NCBI GenBank assembly: GCA_034226945.1
Contig: CP120463.1
Span: forward strand, 868,001 to 932,000
DNA from: Picochlorum sp. SENEW3
Lineage: Eukaryota
Direction: 5' to 3'
DNA length: 64,000 bases
A model generated the notes under the pieces. It was not told the origin of the DNA. It searched no databases and saw only the letters and a list, made by a program, of their open reading frames with translations. This document shows, one piece after another, positions 19,680 to 30,713 of the stretch (its first letter is position 1; each line of letters begins with the position of its first letter). The translations under genes were made by a program, and so were the position numbers.

Positions 19680-20010
19680 TTTGGACTAGCTTTCGCTCAT
19701 GGAATTGACGAAGGCGAGCCTGTATGCGGCACCTGACGATGAAAAAGAAAGACGGAAAAGGACACGTATCCTATTCATGAGAGCTCTCGGGAATGAGATT
19801 GCGAAAACTGGCAACGAGATGTGAATGCAGCCATCAATCTTGCCGAGGTTTCCCTGTGAGATTGAGAAGTCAATGATGACTGATGGAGAAAACAGAAGTC
19901 TTTCAAAGACCTCAGAAAGTAAAAGAGGAGTCAAGCGTGATGATGAAACGAAATAAAGTCACATTGCTACATGCATATGATTTCCGGATGCAGTGACATT
20001 GCCGAGGTTA
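19680..20010 (+). pseudogene. Degraded Fanzor/TnpB-like C-terminal fragment
   Basis: One frame reads YPIHESSRE*DCENWQRDVNAAINLAEV (RuvC-III-like RDxNAAxN at 19815-19838); shifted frames continue KSMMTDGE and EVFQRP; stops and frameshifts present. Confidence 0.5.
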
Positions 20011-20033
20011 TATAAAGGGCGAAAAGTATGTCA

Positions 20034-21581
20034 TTATTTTTGGAAGAATTTTGCAATGCTGTTGGCACGCTTCTTCTTTGCGCCATCATATGCTTTCAAT
20101 ACCTTTTTGACACCGCTCGACAGGCCTTTCTGGGATAATTCCTCGTAGGTCAACCATTGCATTTCTACATCCTCCGGGGACGAGTCCGGAATTGACCCTA
20201 CAAGGCACAATTCTTCAATCACCATGGTCATTCGAATGTGAGAGAAAACATGCACAGCCTCTCCAAGCTGATTTCTCTCCATCACTCGAATGGTCTCCGA
20301 TGAAAGATATGGAAGATGTATAGTTTCTGTCAAATATGAATCAAGAACGCTTTGAATTTCCTTCGTGGAAGCCGAGGCATCCACATGCTGCAGAGGAAAC
20401 TCCCATAGACCTGCAAGCAGCCCACCAGCAGGCCTCTTGACCAAGAGAAACTTCCCAGATGTCTTTTTTGTCTTTTCTTTTGGATCCGGGATGATGCGCA
20501 GCACTGTGATGCCCACTCTTTCCTCTCTTTTCTGAGGTTTCACGCTCTTCGATGGGTAGTCTGTGACAGGCACTCCCGACAACCGTGCCTTGCACAAGTC
20601 TGACACAGGGCATGCTTTGCAGGCTGGCTTCCCATTTGGTATACAGACTGTGGCACCCAATTCCATGAGGGCTTGGTTGAAGTCTCCTGGGCGCTCACGG
20701 TCCAGGGTCTTTTGAGCCAAATCAGCAAACAGCTTTACCATACCAGTATTTTTCGGATCGCCTGCAATTTTCCTCAACCGAGACAACACTCTGACAACAT
20801 TGCCATCTACAACAGCCACTTCTTCTCCACACGCTGTGGATGCAATGGCACAGCTTGTATAGGCACCAATTCCCGGTATCTTTTGCAAATCTTTAGCACA
20901 TCTGGGAAATTTTCCATCGAGATCGTCCATCACATACTTGGCCCCTTCTAATAGATACCTTGCTCTCCTGTAGTATCCAAGGCCTGCCCACATCTCGTTC
21001 ACCTCGTCCTGAGTCGCCTTCGCTAGGTCACCCACCGTGGGCCACTTTTTTATCCATCTCGTAAAGTACTCACAGACACGAGAAACCTGGGTCTGTTGTG
21101 ACATAATCTCACAAACCCACACATAGTATATAAAGTCGTCATCTGGGAGATCAAGGGGAGCAGCCACCAGCCCCTGCTTCCTGTATTCCTCTATCGTTTC
21201 CTTCTCAAGCTTTGAATGTGCATTTCGCCTCCAAGGAAGAACTCTGTGGTTCGCGTCGTACCACTCCAATAACGCCTTTCGAAGCCTTGGGAGCTCTGTC
21301 TCGGCATCAAAGAGACAGTCCTCCAAATCCGGCACCACCAAAGGCTCTGCAGCATCCAGCGACGCACCTCCCCGGCTTTTCAGCAACAAACGCCTCTTTT
21401 TTGGCTTGCCCCGCCCCTCCAGCACCACCGAGTCCTCACTTTCCTCAGAAGACTCTGGAGGAGGAGGAGACGACGAACCTTCAGGCTCAAGATCAACCTC
21501 ATCCTCCCGTGAAGCCTCCTCCTCCTCCTCGCTGGACCCGATGACAAAATCAGGGTCTTCTTCTCCCTTCTTACTCGCCAT
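20034..21581 (-). CDS. MUTYH: A/G-specific adenine DNA glycosylase (MutY homolog)
   Basis: VWVCEIMSQQTQV, WAGLGYYRRA, HhH IPGIGAYT, VVDGNVVRV, Fe-S motif C-x7-CxxC-x5-C, NUDIX-like GLLAGLWEFP; likely start MASKK at 21581. Confidence 0.95.
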   Translation of the reverse strand: MASKKGEEDPDFVIGSSEEEEEASREDEVDLEPEGSSSPPPPESSEESEDSVVLEGRGKPKKRRLLLKSRGGASLDAAEPLVVPDLEDCLFDAETELPRLRKALLEWYDANHRVLPWRRNAHSKLEKETIEEYRKQGLVAAPLDLPDDDFIYYVWVCEIMSQQTQVSRVCEYFTRWIKKWPTVGDLAKATQDEVNEMWAGLGYYRRARYLLEGAKYVMDDLDGKFPRCAKDLQKIPGIGAYTSCAIASTACGEEVAVVDGNVVRVLSRLRKIAGDPKNTGMVKLFADLAQKTLDRERPGDFNQALMELGATVCIPNGKPACKACPVSDLCKARLSGVPVTDYPSKSVKPQKREERVGITVLRIIPDPKEKTKKTSGKFLLVKRPAGGLLAGLWEFPLQHVDASASTKEIQSVLDSYLTETIHLPYLSSETIRVMERNQLGEAVHVFSHIRMTMVIEELCLVGSIPDSSPEDVEMQWLTYEELSQKGLSSGVKKVLKAYDGAKKKRANSIAKFFQK

Positions 21582-22087
21582 CGATCTGTAAATCCAGCGA
21601 CTTCCTTCAACTCGAGGACAATTCAAATTCAAACCATGAAAGCGTGCTCTGATTCCTCTGAAACAAAGCAACGCGTTCGAAACTCGTGTTACAACTGATG
21701 AAGAAATTTTCAACGAAGTTTTGGGAATGAAATGAAAAAATACCCCACCCATCAGCTCCCCAGGGTCTGTTCAGAAGATGCCACACTCCGTAAATAGATA
21801 CATAAATATCCGGATGCCGGCCACTCGGCATTCGAGTATATGGTCCCTTGTTGCACACGCCCCTCCACACAATGTATATGATATAAAATTTACAGAGAGA
21901 TATTGTCAAAGTTTGCTGGTTTTGAGTGAGTACAGAGAAACACCAACGACGCGTCTCGTGTCGGAGAGAGAGAATATTCTTCTGTAAAGCTTCGTGTCGG
22001 GCAATTGATACGCATTTTTTGCTATAAAATACTACGTTATTATTGGAATATATCGTCTGTGAGCACGAATAGTGATACCGCCAAAGG

Positions 22088-24112
22088 ATGATTGGAACAA
22101 CGACGACCTCGTCTCTGGAAGGACAGGTTCGAGGTGGAAAAGGAGTGCTTGGGTTGCTGAAAAACTTGGTTGGGAATGGAAATTACCAGCCTCAGCAGAA
22201 TAGAAAGGAGGGCATCTCGGCTGCAGTTGGAGCCCCTGTCGAGGCGGTTGAGAGCGGCCGAGGAGGCCGAGGAGGAGCCGTAGGGGTGTCGACCCTGGCT
22301 CGAGACTCGGTGAAAAGCACGAAAGATGCCGTGGAGGCTGGAGAAGATGCGATTGATTTTGGGTACCAGAGAGGTCTGGAAGAGAGATTTGTCATCAAGG
22401 ATGAGATTGCCAGAGGTGGGAATGGCGTGGTTACACTTGTGACAGACTCGAGAACTGGACAAGAGTGGGCAATGAAGAGCATCCCCAAGGTTTTGCGTGA
22501 AGACGGTGATAAGAATATTTCAGAGAGAAAGAAGATGGACCACGCGGACGCGATTAAGCGCGAAGTGGAGGTTTTGAAGAGATTGAGAGGGTGTCTGAAC
22601 GTTGCCTCTCTTGAGAGTGTGTATGAGGATGATACAGATGTGCATATTATCATGGAGTATTGCTCTGGAGGAGAACTTGTTCATCGTATCGGGAAAGCTC
22701 ATTATTCGGAGCGTACTGTGGCCTCGTTCATGAGGGCTACCCTGAGGACCTTGGCCCAGTGCCATGGGAATGGAATTCTGCACAGGGACATCAAGCCTGG
22801 AAATTTCCTGTTGGCTTCCGACAAAGAGGATGCTCCGTTGAAGGCTGTGGATTTTGGTCTGGCAGTGTTCAATCCAGATATGAAGAAGCCTCGTGGGGAC
22901 CTCGGCTTGGAAGGGACACCATGGTTTATGGCTCCAGAGACTCTGCAGTCAGAGGTGTACCCAGAATCTGATATATGGGCAGCAGGGGTGATGGCATATC
23001 AGTTATTGACAGGGAAATTCCCTTATAATGACAAGTCAAACCCTTATAACCCATCCCTGACAAAGGTGTGGAAGTCTATACTCATGGATCAGCTCAATAT
23101 GAGTGGGTCTCGATGGGATGGTATCAGTGAGGAAGCGAAAGACTTTGTCCAAATGCTTTTGAACAAAGACCCGATGAAGCGTCCGTCAGCGAAGGAAGCT
23201 CTCAAGCACTCGTGGCTCAAGGGAACAATCGAGGAGCGCTCAAAGGGAAGCCCATTGTCTTTGGCAGTTGTGCAGAGGATTCAAAGATACTCACAAGCAT
23301 CTGTCTTCAAAAGAACCGTATTGGAAATGATTGCTGATGAGTTGCTTGATGCCAGCGAGTACGGTGGAATCGATTGCCCGCTCGGGGAAGATAGTCGAGC
23401 ATTGATCATGCATCCAGCTTCCTCACCCCTGGAATATTTGTATGAGAGGCTCAGGTTGGTTGACAGGGCATCCGTGGACCGCTCGGTTTTGGCCGAAGGC
23501 CTTCGAGATATGGGGTACAAGCTCTCCAATGAGGAGGTTGAACGCTTGCTGGACCAACTGGACGTCGGATTCACAGGTCAAGTCGGCAAGACACAATTTG
23601 CTGCATCTCAGATGGATTGGAGAGCTATCCAAAGTAACACGGAGCAGTGGCTCAGCTATGCAAGAAAGGTTTTTGCTGACCTTGACAAAGACAAGGATGG
23701 CATTCTCAGTGCTGAAGACATGGCTGCACTTTTGCGTCACAAATTGCCTCCATCAGAGGTGGAAGGTGCACTGCGTCATGCTATTGCAGAGGCAGCCAAG
23801 CGCCGCAGCGAGCCACATGAGGAGCATGAACCAGCAGATCCAGAGGGCTCGGTAGGAAAGGATTCGAGCGCCCATGGCAGTGCATACGACAAATCAATCA
23901 GAGATGGAATGAATTTCAGACAATTCCTTCGAATGCTTAGTCCAGGATCCTACGATTCCTTGGACTTGTTTGAAGAGCGCATGGGTTCTCCAGGGAGCAG
24001 AATGTCTGGTTCTTTGCATGCAATTGGCTCATTTAATGAGGTCGATAAATTGCTGGAGAAGAGCGTTAAAGGGGGCACAATGTTTGCAGTAAGCCCAGGA
24101 AATGGTGTGTGA
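22088..24112 (+). CDS. Calcium-dependent protein kinase-like (CDPK family)
   Basis: IARGGNG, AMK, HRDIKPGN, DFG, GTPWFMAPE, junction region and partly degenerate EF hands (DKDKDGILSAED). Confidence 0.9.
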   Translation: MIGTTTTSSLEGQVRGGKGVLGLLKNLVGNGNYQPQQNRKEGISAAVGAPVEAVESGRGGRGGAVGVSTLARDSVKSTKDAVEAGEDAIDFGYQRGLEERFVIKDEIARGGNGVVTLVTDSRTGQEWAMKSIPKVLREDGDKNISERKKMDHADAIKREVEVLKRLRGCLNVASLESVYEDDTDVHIIMEYCSGGELVHRIGKAHYSERTVASFMRATLRTLAQCHGNGILHRDIKPGNFLLASDKEDAPLKAVDFGLAVFNPDMKKPRGDLGLEGTPWFMAPETLQSEVYPESDIWAAGVMAYQLLTGKFPYNDKSNPYNPSLTKVWKSILMDQLNMSGSRWDGISEEAKDFVQMLLNKDPMKRPSAKEALKHSWLKGTIEERSKGSPLSLAVVQRIQRYSQASVFKRTVLEMIADELLDASEYGGIDCPLGEDSRALIMHPASSPLEYLYERLRLVDRASVDRSVLAEGLRDMGYKLSNEEVERLLDQLDVGFTGQVGKTQFAASQMDWRAIQSNTEQWLSYARKVFADLDKDKDGILSAEDMAALLRHKLPPSEVEGALRHAIAEAAKRRSEPHEEHEPADPEGSVGKDSSAHGSAYDKSIRDGMNFRQFLRMLSPGSYDSLDLFEERMGSPGSRMSGSLHAIGSFNEVDKLLEKSVKGGTMFAVSPGNGV

Positions 24113-24226
24113 TGGACCATTTCGAGCCAATTTTGAAATTGAGTATTTTGAGCGGAGAGTTTCATTTCTTTTTTGAGCGTTTATTAAATGTTGAGAGTCT
24201 ATGAATACAACAGTAGTGTAAAGTGT

Positions 24227-24712
24227 CTATTTTTTCTTTTTGAGGCCAAGCGTGATTGTATTGATTCCCCACCTGGGATTGTTGCTGCTCAAAGCTGCCA
24301 TTATTGTATCGTACTGCTTGCCTCTACAATCAAAGTACACAGTCTCCCAATTATCATACGGCCTCTGACCGTACCCTTCCTTTTCAAAACTTCCCGACAA
24401 CTTGGCCTCTTTCAGCACAACCCCGGAACAGCCGACAAGAATGTCTCCGACGCTAACCTGCCCGTTCTTGTCCGCATATGACCCTGGCTCTATGCTCTCC
24501 ACAAAGACGAGCTTGTCGGTCACGTTCTCGGCCAATGTGATTCCCAGAGGCTGTTTGATGGTGACTCTCACAACGTCAGGGTCCTCATCCGCGGAGGAAT
24601 CCGCGCTCTGTGCTCTCGTGCGAGAAATCCAACGGCGTGACATCAGTACGTGCCCTGTCGGTTTCTTCAACTTGGTCGGTACTGCCGCTCTGCACTCTCG
24701 TGCATGCATCAT
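24227..24712 (-). CDS. Small PDZ-domain protein, probably plastid-targeted
   Basis: KQPLGITLAE...VFVESIEPGSYADKNGQVSVGDIL after a transit-like N-terminus. Confidence 0.7.
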   Translation of the reverse strand: MMHARECRAAVPTKLKKPTGHVLMSRRWISRTRAQSADSSADEDPDVVRVTIKQPLGITLAENVTDKLVFVESIEPGSYADKNGQVSVGDILVGCSGVVLKEAKLSGSFEKEGYGQRPYDNWETVYFDCRGKQYDTIMAALSSNNPRWGINTITLGLKKKK

Positions 24713-24951
24713 GATGGCTTTCTCTAGTTTTATCAGAACAAATAAGTCCTCGATCAAGAATCGATGTGCCCAATGTATCTTAGAATGTGAAATTTGAAAT
24801 TTTTTAAAGTGTGGCCAGGATGATGAGCACCCATCATTTTCATACAATATGAGGGAAATTTCCGCCCCCTGGACAGAGGAATTCTAGATGCAAACCATAT
24901 TTAATGATTAGAAGTGTATTCTTATTATTCTACTGAAGAACGTATCGTCAA

Positions 24952-25707
24952 ATGTCCACAAATCCTTTGGAAGACCCAGAAACTGCGAAAAAATTTGTAA
25001 AGACATCTGCTCTTCTCTCTAGCAGCGGCACATTCAAATCTAGCGAAGGATGTCCAGTCATCAACAATAATTCGACACCACAGATTCAAGGGGGAGGATG
25101 TCCAGTTGTTGGAGTGAACCCTGGCAACCAAATGGCTCCTTCCCCAAACCAGCCTGCATTCTCTGACCAGACGAAGCCGTTGCAGAAAGACAGACAAGTT
25201 TCGTCGATCCCAATGGTAGAAAACAAGCAAGGTGAAGAGGAGAACTGGGTATATCCCTCTGAACAGATGTTTTATAATGCAATGAAGAGGAAGGGGTGGA
25301 CACCAACAGAGGAGGACATGCCTGCTGTTGTAGCGATCCATAATGCAGTAAATGAGAGAGCATGGGCTGAGATTCTGAATTGGGAAGCTCATCAAGGCAT
25401 TTCTTCTTCGTGTGGTGGTCCAAAGCTAGTGAAGTTTCGGGGCAGGCCCCGGGATTTTTCTCCAAAGGCAAGGCTGTTAAATATGCTGGGGTACAAACTT
25501 CCCTTTGACAGACATGATTGGATCGTAGACCGATGTGGTACCGAGGTTAGATATGTGATAGATTTTTACAATGGAGCATCGTCAGCAAGCATGCCTGCCG
25601 CTCTACATCTGGATGTTCGGCCAGCTCTTGACAGCCCGTGGTTGCTGTTTGAGAGGCTTTCCATGCAGGTCAAATGGATGCTCTCTGGACGATGGTATAA
25701 GGAATGA
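24952..25707 (+). CDS. HCCS: Cytochrome c heme lyase (holocytochrome c synthase, System III)
   Basis: Two CPV heme-regulatory motifs, WVYPSEQMFYNAMKRKG, IHNAVNERAW, PFDRHDWIVDRCG, RYVIDFY, LDVRPALDS. Confidence 0.95.
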   Translation: MSTNPLEDPETAKKFVKTSALLSSSGTFKSSEGCPVINNNSTPQIQGGGCPVVGVNPGNQMAPSPNQPAFSDQTKPLQKDRQVSSIPMVENKQGEEENWVYPSEQMFYNAMKRKGWTPTEEDMPAVVAIHNAVNERAWAEILNWEAHQGISSSCGGPKLVKFRGRPRDFSPKARLLNMLGYKLPFDRHDWIVDRCGTEVRYVIDFYNGASSASMPAALHLDVRPALDSPWLLFERLSMQVKWMLSGRWYKE

Positions 25708-25709
25708 AT

Positions 25710-25721
25710 TGTAAAGTTACA
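25710..25721. promoter_or_regulatory. Back-to-back TGTAA polyadenylation signals of the convergent HCCS and PreP genes
   Basis: tgtaaagttaca carries TGTAA on + and TGTAA on - within a 26-bp intergenic gap; TGTAA is the established chlorophyte poly(A) signal. Confidence 0.65.
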
Positions 25722-25733
25722 TGCTTTAATTTG

Positions 25734-28700
25734 TTACAAGACTCGTTTGATTTCTTGGAAGAATCCCTCCCGTTCCTTATTTGCAGCCTCAACCCTCTCA
25801 GAAGATGTGACTGCAACCACCTGTCCATTCATGCGCACTGCATCCAACGCTTCTGCGAATTCTTTAAAGTCTTTTAATGTTGTTCCAAGTACTTCGTCTC
25901 TCCTGATCTGGCGCTGCTCTTCCGTGACACCCAGGATGTGTCGCATGAATGCTGTCCTACCCTTGGAATCAGGGAGCTGATAGGAGTCAATATCACCAAT
26001 TGTTCCGATGATTGACTTGTTCAGCTCTTCAGATGTCAAATCGAGATTTCTCAGGAAATCAGGAGTGCCATCATATACATCGACAGTGGAGAGAAGGTTT
26101 GGATCTCTGTATGAGAGGTATGAGAACATACCAGAATGGGTGTCAAAGTCGCAGAAACCTCCATAGGCTCCCCCAGATACTCTGACTCTATCCCAAATCC
26201 AAGTCGTTCCCAGAAGCTTGTTGATGACATATGATGATCCAGAGAGCTCATATCCAGCGTCTTCGTACAGGTTTGCTCCCTTGCAGACATAGTTTACCTG
26301 GGTAGGAACAACCAAGGCGGTGTTCTGTCGTGGCAAGATTGCATCCCAGTCATTCTCTCCCGAATGTGACAAAGCTGGAATGGATGACCAGAAGTCTTTC
26401 AAGGCCTTGTCTGCAGCAGAAAGAGCTCCGTCATCACCCGTGATGTTCACCAAGGCTCCTTTCTGCTGCAAAATCGCTGAACGGATGGTTTCGAGGTCCT
26501 TCTTTACACCATCCCAGTCTGATTCCACTCTCGACACTAGCTTTCTGATCTTATCCAGATACATCACTCCACCCATCTCTTCTCCAACCCACCCAGCTGT
26601 GCTTCGCTGCGCATCCAGTCTTGTTCCTGCAAAACTATGACCACTGCCAATGATGCCACCCTCAAGAGAGCTCTTCGTTTCCAAGACCATCTGCTTGAAC
26701 CTTTCCTTATCGTCTAGTTTGGCTGAGACAAGAATATCCCGTGTGATATCCAGCATGTCCTGAGTTTTGCCTGCCATTGTTTTTCCCCGCACCATGATGT
26801 AGCCCACAGGGTCAGAGGAGCCCCTGACTGCTGATACGAATGGGGATACGCCGATTCCACCAGTCTTTCTGCCAATACGCTCTGTCAATTCAATGAAGCT
26901 TTCCTTTTCGGTTCCCATCTGTGTGAGGGATCGACAGAAAAGAGGAACCAAATGCAAGAGATTGCTTGGGACCGACTTCAAGTCAAATGCAATGTCCATG
27001 TATAAAACGTCATTCGTGAAAAGATCGTGTGCAAGAGTTGTGACTCCAGACTCGGATGAAGTGATGGCTGTTGGGACTGGCGTGACATCTTTTGGAATAT
27101 CAGCAACACTCAAGCTGGGCACACACGAGAGTGCCTCTGGTGGATCTGGTGTTTCCTGCTTCTCTTTCAGAACTTTGGTCGCCTCAATGACCTGGTCGAG
27201 ACTTGCCTCAAGCCTCTGTCTCTCTTGCTCCAACCGCTCTTTTTCTGTGGTCTCCATCTCCTTGCTCAACTGATCATCTGGATTCAATTCAACAGTCACC
27301 CTGTGAGCATTGTCCAGCAAGTATTTACGAATCAAGGGGCTGAAGACATCCTCTCCTGCATCGAGACGGGCCTTGAACGCTGAAAGATCATCCTGCCACT
27401 TCATTGGTCTGAATGGATCCCTGTCGTAAATCCAATTCGACATTGATCTCAACATGAGAGACAGACCCCTTGGGAACCTCCCTGTGTTGTTCTCCCTAAG
27501 GCTGAATTCAATCGTATTGATGGCTGCTTCAACAGCGCTTGATGCAAATCCTTCCTTTTCCAACCGCTCCAAAGTTTCAATGATCAGTTTTTCAACCTTG
27601 CTAGCATCCTCTTGCTTCACACCTTTCAGACCAATCGAAAATATTGGCTGGCACAATTCATCCTCAACACCTCCTCCAATAATACTTTCTCCCAGGCCAC
27701 TGTCCGTCAAGGCTTTTCTGAGCGGTGACGCAGATGTTCCCAACATCAAATAATTAAGGAATCCTAAACCAAGCTCGGTTTCCAGGTCCAATGGCTCCTC
27801 GGAAAGCAACCAGTTGACAGACAGGAATGACTTGGGCTCCTCTTCCGACCCATCTGCTTCCCCGACCGCATATATTTCCACAACTCGCCTTGGTTGATCA
27901 AAAAGCTTCTGCAACTGGACAGCAGAGTTCACCTGTCTCTCCTCAAATTCATCCAAGTACCCACTGAGAATCCTGAGTCTCTCCTCTGCTGGATCATCTC
28001 CATAGAACCAGAATCGAGCATTGCTTGGGTGATAGTACGATTCATAGAATCCTTTGAATTCCTCAAAGGTCAAATCAGGAATGTTCCTTGGATCGCCTCC
28101 AGAGTCCTTTGCATAGGATGTATCTGGGAAGAGAACATTCTGAGTCACCCTTCCATTCACCGAGTCTGGAGACGAGTACACGCCCTTCATCTCATTGTAT
28201 ACGACACCTTTATACGCTAAAGGGTCGGAGGGGTTGTCAAGTTCCAAATGCCATCCCTCCTGAGCAAAAATTTGAGGATCTCTGATACAATTTGGATGCA
28301 GCACAGCATCAAGATATACATCAACCAGATTGTAAAAGTCCTGAAGATTGGCAGACGCAACTGGATAACAGGTTCTATCAGGATACGTGAACGCATTCAG
28401 AAACGTATTCAGAGACCCTTTGAGCAACTCCACAAATGGCTCTTTAATGGGGTACTTTCTGGATCCACAGAGAACACTATGCTCCAAGATATGGGGAGTT
28501 CCCTTTGAATTGTCCACGGGAGTCCTCAAAGTGACACCAAATGTCTTATTTTCATCCGAATTCACGACAGACATCACCTGTGCCCCTGTCTTGTCATGTC
28601 GATACAACCCAACCCGAGATCCATACTCGGCAATGTACTGCTCTTCCACCAAAGTAAACCCATGAGCCTGTTTCGCCATCGGAGCCTGTGATGGCACATT

Positions 28701-28841
28701 CTCGGTCTCTGCTGCAGTAGAAGCAGCCGGCACAGACACCATCCTCCTGGCATGGTGCCCGGAAGCCACAGTGTGTGGCCTCAGGCTTCGAGAAACACTG
28801 TTGCTGTACATTCTCCTCTGCACGACATGAAGACCCACCAT
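25734..28841 (-). CDS. PREP: Presequence protease (M16C metallopeptidase)
   Basis: HILEHSVLCGS, FLNAFTYPDRTCYP, KGVVYNEMKG, RVSGGAYGG, SYRDPN; likely ATG at 28841. Confidence 0.95.
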   Translation of the reverse strand: MVGLHVVQRRMYSNSVSRSLRPHTVASGHHARRMVSVPAASTAAETENVPSQAPMAKQAHGFTLVEEQYIAEYGSRVGLYRHDKTGAQVMSVVNSDENKTFGVTLRTPVDNSKGTPHILEHSVLCGSRKYPIKEPFVELLKGSLNTFLNAFTYPDRTCYPVASANLQDFYNLVDVYLDAVLHPNCIRDPQIFAQEGWHLELDNPSDPLAYKGVVYNEMKGVYSSPDSVNGRVTQNVLFPDTSYAKDSGGDPRNIPDLTFEEFKGFYESYYHPSNARFWFYGDDPAEERLRILSGYLDEFEERQVNSAVQLQKLFDQPRRVVEIYAVGEADGSEEEPKSFLSVNWLLSEEPLDLETELGLGFLNYLMLGTSASPLRKALTDSGLGESIIGGGVEDELCQPIFSIGLKGVKQEDASKVEKLIIETLERLEKEGFASSAVEAAINTIEFSLRENNTGRFPRGLSLMLRSMSNWIYDRDPFRPMKWQDDLSAFKARLDAGEDVFSPLIRKYLLDNAHRVTVELNPDDQLSKEMETTEKERLEQERQRLEASLDQVIEATKVLKEKQETPDPPEALSCVPSLSVADIPKDVTPVPTAITSSESGVTTLAHDLFTNDVLYMDIAFDLKSVPSNLLHLVPLFCRSLTQMGTEKESFIELTERIGRKTGGIGVSPFVSAVRGSSDPVGYIMVRGKTMAGKTQDMLDITRDILVSAKLDDKERFKQMVLETKSSLEGGIIGSGHSFAGTRLDAQRSTAGWVGEEMGGVMYLDKIRKLVSRVESDWDGVKKDLETIRSAILQQKGALVNITGDDGALSAADKALKDFWSSIPALSHSGENDWDAILPRQNTALVVPTQVNYVCKGANLYEDAGYELSGSSYVINKLLGTTWIWDRVRVSGGAYGGFCDFDTHSGMFSYLSYRDPNLLSTVDVYDGTPDFLRNLDLTSEELNKSIIGTIGDIDSYQLPDSKGRTAFMRHILGVTEEQRQIRRDEVLGTTLKDFKEFAEALDAVRMNGQVVAVTSSERVEAANKEREGFFQEIKRVL

Positions 28842-29350
28842 CGTATTATTATCTCCACGCAAAACACCCATGACTGTAAGAAAAACGCACCGCACACAGC
28901 CCAGACACCTTCGTCAGACAAGATACAGTGGAAAAAGAAGAAGGCACAGACGTGCTCCTTGACATGGTTCCAAAACGCATACTCTCAATACTCCTCGCAA
29001 GCTTGGACAGCAATGCCACAGATGATTCAAATACTTTTTTTCCAGCCAGTGTTGTCAACAATCCACGGTACGTTGTGATTCCTTCGCGAGTGCCCACTAC
29101 CACAGACGATCCGATGTTTCAAAGCAATGCGCGTACAGGTGTCTATGACCCAATAATTCAAAGTTTACTATGTATTCTTTTTGAATTGGAAGAAACGAGG
29201 ACATCCTGTGGTATAAGAGGCATTCACAAACGTTGTTCTCAATCTCTTAATTAGGACCATCTGGTGGAGACTTTAGACTCTGGTCATGTAGTTAGTCTGA
29301 CACCCGGCAGATGTTCTGGCTGATATATATAGCCATACATCTGTTGAATC

Positions 29351-30706
29351 ATGGAGGAACTAAGCACTCACCTCAGATCACTCCAGGTGCGTTGATACTC
29401 TTGGCCCCTCGTGGAACGACGATTCCCCTCTTACGCGTAGTACCCATATCCACAGAGTGCATTAAAGGAAGCAGTGAGCCATGGGCCTTTGTCAGATGAT
29501 ATCAAACGAACGGCAAAGGAGGTTCAGACGGCTCTCGGATCGCTAGTTGAGAAGAATGGCAATGTCGCTGCTCCACGGGAGAAGGCAGAAAAAATGAGTG
29601 ATCAGGTCGTCGATACAAACCCATATAGTCGCCTTATGGCTCTGCAGAGGATGGGGATTGTGGAGAATTACGAGAAGATTCGATCCTGCACGGTGGCAGT
29701 TGTTGGGATTGGTGGTGTTGGGAGCGTTGCTGCTGAAATGTTGACACGGTGTGGCATCGGCCGGCTGTTGTTGTATGATTATGACAAGGTAGAACTGGCG
29801 AACATGAATAGGTTATTTTTCAGGCCAGAGCAATGCGGATTGACCAAGACAGAAGCAGCTGCAGACACATTGACTGACATCAACCCTGATGTTGAGATTG
29901 AGCCATATACCATGAATATTACCACGATCCAAGGATTTGATGCGTTTAAGAATTCTATAACTGATGAAAACGATGCGTCGCGGGTGGACTTGGTGCTGTC
30001 CTGTGTGGATAATTATGAGGCTCGGATGACCATAAATCAGGTGTGCTTGGAGCTGGGACAGACGTGGATGGAGTCGGGGGTGTCTGAGGATGCGGTGTCC
30101 GGTCACATTCAGGTTGTACAGCCTGGAAAAACTGCATGTTTTGCTTGCGTCCCCCCTTTGGTGGTTGCCTCTGGGATTGATGAGAAGACGCTCAAAAGAG
30201 AGGGTGTCTGTGCAGCATCCCTACCCACGACAATGGGCATCGTTGCTGGCATGCTGGTGCAAAATACACTAAAATACTTGCTTGGATTTGGACAGGTGAC
30301 GCAGTATTTGGGATACTCTTCACTGACAGACTATTTCCCCACAATGGAAATAAAGCCCAATCCAACATGTGATAACACAGAATGCGTCAAACGCCAAGAG
30401 AAATGGAATGCCGGTGCCGAAGAAAGACAGGCACTAGAAGAAAAGGAACAAGAAGCTAGCAGGATTGCCGAATTAGATGACGACGTGGTCCATGAGACAA
30501 ACGAGTGGGGTATAGAGGTGGTTGATGATGCAGATGGGCCATCTGCACCAAACGCGTCTACAGCATCCACACAACTTCCCGTTGGTGTACAATACGCGCA
30601 TGATGTAGGACATACACAGCCCGTCAGTTCCAAGCCAGAGGGCAGGAGTGCAGCTGAGGACATGATGATGGAAGAACTTTTAGCTAAATTAGAATCTATA
30701 CAGTAA
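29351..30706 (+). CDS. UBA5: UFM1-activating E1 enzyme
   Basis: Exon 1 29351-29386, intron 29387-29455; NPYSRLMALQRMGIV, GIGGVG, DYDKVELANMNRLF, REGVCAASLPTT, NEWGIE. Confidence 0.95.
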
Positions 30707-30713
30707 CACAATG

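Noticed and set aside
28928..29345. Short ORF, possible intron and hairpin between PreP and UBA5
   Set aside because: No recognisable protein or RNA motif; probably bidirectional promoter or UTR sequence.
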